Source: an uncultured Rhizobiaceae group bacterium
Lineage (GTDB): Bacteria; Pseudomonadota; Alphaproteobacteria; Rhizobiales; Rhizobiaceae
Direction: 5' to 3'
Assembly: GCA_937944075.1 (NCBI GenBank)
Contig: CALDZZ010000226.1
Span: 1 to 37,200 of the forward strand
Length of the DNA: 37,200 nt
Part shown: piece after piece, positions 35,792-37,200 of the stretch
Position numbering within the stretch: the stretch's first letter is position 1
How the letters are laid out: each line of letters opens with the position of its first letter
Notes under the pieces: model-generated
Told to the model about the DNA's origin: nothing
Databases searched by the model: none
Seen by the model: the letters and a program-made list of their open reading frames with translations, nothing else
Made by a program: the position numbers and the translations under genes

Positions 35792-37003
35792 ATGGCCGAT
35801 GCATATATTTATGATCATGTCCGCACCCCACGTGGACGCGGCAAAAAAGACGGATCACTGCATGAAGTTCCCGCAGTACGCCTTTCTGCCAAAACCCTGG
35901 AAGCGGTTCGTGACCGCAATGAGATTGCAGATACATCTGTCATTGATGATGTCATTCTTGGATGTGTGGATCCGGTCGGTGAAGCGGGTTCAGACATTGC
36001 CCGTGCAGCTGTCTTTGAGGCTGGTTACGACAACAAGGTTCCCGGCATGCAGATCAACCGTTTCTGTGCGTCCGGTCTTGATGCGATCAACATGGCAACC
36101 TCAACCATCAATTCAGGCATGAATGACCTTGTGATTGCAGGTGGCGTTGAATCGATGTCTCGCGTTGGTATTGGTGCTTCTGGTGGTGCTTGGCCGATGG
36201 ATCCATCTGTCGCTGTTCCTGCCTATTTCATGCCGCAAGGCGTTTCTGCTGATCTGATTGCATCCAAATACGGCTTTTCCCGTGATGATGTGGACGCTTA
36301 TGCCGTGGAAAGTCAGAAGCGTTCTGAAGCTAGTTGGAAAGACGGTCGTTTTAAAAATTCAATTGTTCCTATCAAGGATCAAAATGGCCTGGTCATTCTT
36401 GATCATGACGAGCACATGCGTCCAAGCACGAACATGCAATCGCTTGCGTCACTTGATGCATCCTTCGTGATGATGGGCGAGATGGGTGGTTTTGATGCTG
36501 TTGGCATTGCAGCGCATCCTGAGCTTGAAAGCGTCAACCACGTTCACCACGCAGGCAATTCATCCGGTATTGTGGACGGTGCTGCGGCTGTTCTCATGGG
36601 GTCTGAAGAAGGCGGCAAAAAGCTTGGTATCAAGCCAAGGGCCAAAATCCGCGCATTTGCCAACATTGGTTCTGACCCGGCACTCATGCTGACCGGCCCT
36701 GTTGATGTAACAGAAAAGCTGCTGGCGCGTGCCGGCATGGAACTCTCTGACATTGACCTGTTTGAACTCAACGAAGCCTTTGCTTCCGTTGTGCTTCGCT
36801 ACATGCAGCACTTTGATATTTCACACGACAAGATGAACGTTTGTGGCGGTGCCATTGCCATGGGTCATCCATTGGGTGCAACCGGCGCCATGATCCTTGG
36901 GACCGTGCTTGATGAACTTGAACGCCGCGACCAGAACATAGCCCTTGTTACCCTCTGCATTGGTGCAGGCATGGGTACGGCAACCATTATCGAAAGGGTT
37001 TAA
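35792..37003 (+). CDS. Acetyl-CoA C-acyltransferase (3-ketoacyl-CoA thiolase)
   Basis: Active-site Cys context NRFCASGLDAI; C-terminal NVCGGAIAMGHPLGATG and CIGAGMG. GGAGA Shine-Dalgarno. Confidence 0.93.
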   Translation: MADAYIYDHVRTPRGRGKKDGSLHEVPAVRLSAKTLEAVRDRNEIADTSVIDDVILGCVDPVGEAGSDIARAAVFEAGYDNKVPGMQINRFCASGLDAINMATSTINSGMNDLVIAGGVESMSRVGIGASGGAWPMDPSVAVPAYFMPQGVSADLIASKYGFSRDDVDAYAVESQKRSEASWKDGRFKNSIVPIKDQNGLVILDHDEHMRPSTNMQSLASLDASFVMMGEMGGFDAVGIAAHPELESVNHVHHAGNSSGIVDGAAAVLMGSEEGGKKLGIKPRAKIRAFANIGSDPALMLTGPVDVTEKLLARAGMELSDIDLFELNEAFASVVLRYMQHFDISHDKMNVCGGAIAMGHPLGATGAMILGTVLDELERRDQNIALVTLCIGAGMGTATIIERV

Positions 37004-37005
37004 TC

Positions 37006-37200
37006 ATGAGCTATACGAATTTCAAAATCGAAACCGATAGCGATGGCATTACAGTTGTTACCTGGGACATGCCCGACAAATCCATGAATGTGATTGATCT
37101 TTCAGTCATGGAGGAATGGGAACAAATCGTGGATGCCATGGCTGCTGATGAAGCCGTAAAAGGTGTTGTACTTGCGTCGGGTAAAAAAACCTTTGGTGCA
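37006..37200 (+). CDS. N-terminus (enoyl-CoA hydratase fold) of a probable multifunctional 3-hydroxyacyl-CoA dehydrogenase/enoyl-CoA hydratase (FadB/FadJ-like); 3' end outside window
   Basis: ATG 2 nt after the thiolase stop. MSYTNFKIETDSDGITVVTWDMPDKSMNVID...VKGVVLASGKKTFGA resembles a crotonase-fold N-terminus. The ORF is open to the window edge and is not listed in the ORF track. Confidence 0.7.
   Translation, partial: MSYTNFKIETDSDGITVVTWDMPDKSMNVIDLSVMEEWEQIVDAMAADEAVKGVVLASGKKTFGA

Noticed and set aside
1-37200. Search for mobile elements, prophage, CRISPR arrays, tRNA/rRNA genes, toxin-antitoxin pairs or known defence gene sets
   Set aside because: None recognised. Intergenic gaps are all 300 bp or shorter and contain no spaced direct repeats or cloverleaf-like sequences. 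No integrase, transposase or phage-like ORFs appear in any frame.

Overview
Densely coding chromosomal window with about 35 genes, very short intergenic gaps and many start/stop overlaps. It reads like core genome of a moderate-GC alphaproteobacterium, probably Hyphomicrobiales/Rhizobiales-like. The taxonomic pointers are a plant-type GshA, a PodJ-like polarity factor, the DUF952-pyrD arrangement, a TauE/TIGR02186 pair and GANTC sites. Left to right the window holds: gshA (3' part), a small PilZ-like protein, and an ABC-2 ATPase with a 515-aa putative exporter permease. Then come xseA, a two-gene type I secretion operon (ABC + HlyD) with no substrate in view, and mscL. Next is a symporter-domain hybrid sensor kinase with a LuxR-type response regulator, beside a two-subunit sodium:solute-symporter-like permease and an overlapping esterase. 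After that: DUF952, pyrD, arsC, a MATE exporter coupled to an 88-aa membrane protein, and a secreted RNase T2. These are followed by the Lhr-like DEXH helicase/PdeM pair, a DUF3429/TIGR02186/TauE membrane module, a small secreted GxSxG protein and DUF805. A 1316-aa PodJ-like coiled-coil/Sel1/peptidoglycan-binding protein comes next. The window ends with a MerR-controlled beta-oxidation cluster (two acyl-CoA dehydrogenases, DUF1330, thiolase, start of a FadB-like enzyme). I saw no rRNA/tRNA genes, CRISPR arrays, transposases, integrases or phage genes, and no gene set resembling a known defence island. I cannot point to one clearly novel system. The best candidates for follow-up are the sensor-kinase/regulator/symporter/esterase locus, the PodJ-like giant with its internal repeats and GANTC-bearing promoter, the conserved uncharacterised TauE-TIGR02186-DUF3429 module, and the RNase T2/Lhr/PdeM neighbourhood. 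All family assignments come from reading the translations by eye, not from database searches.
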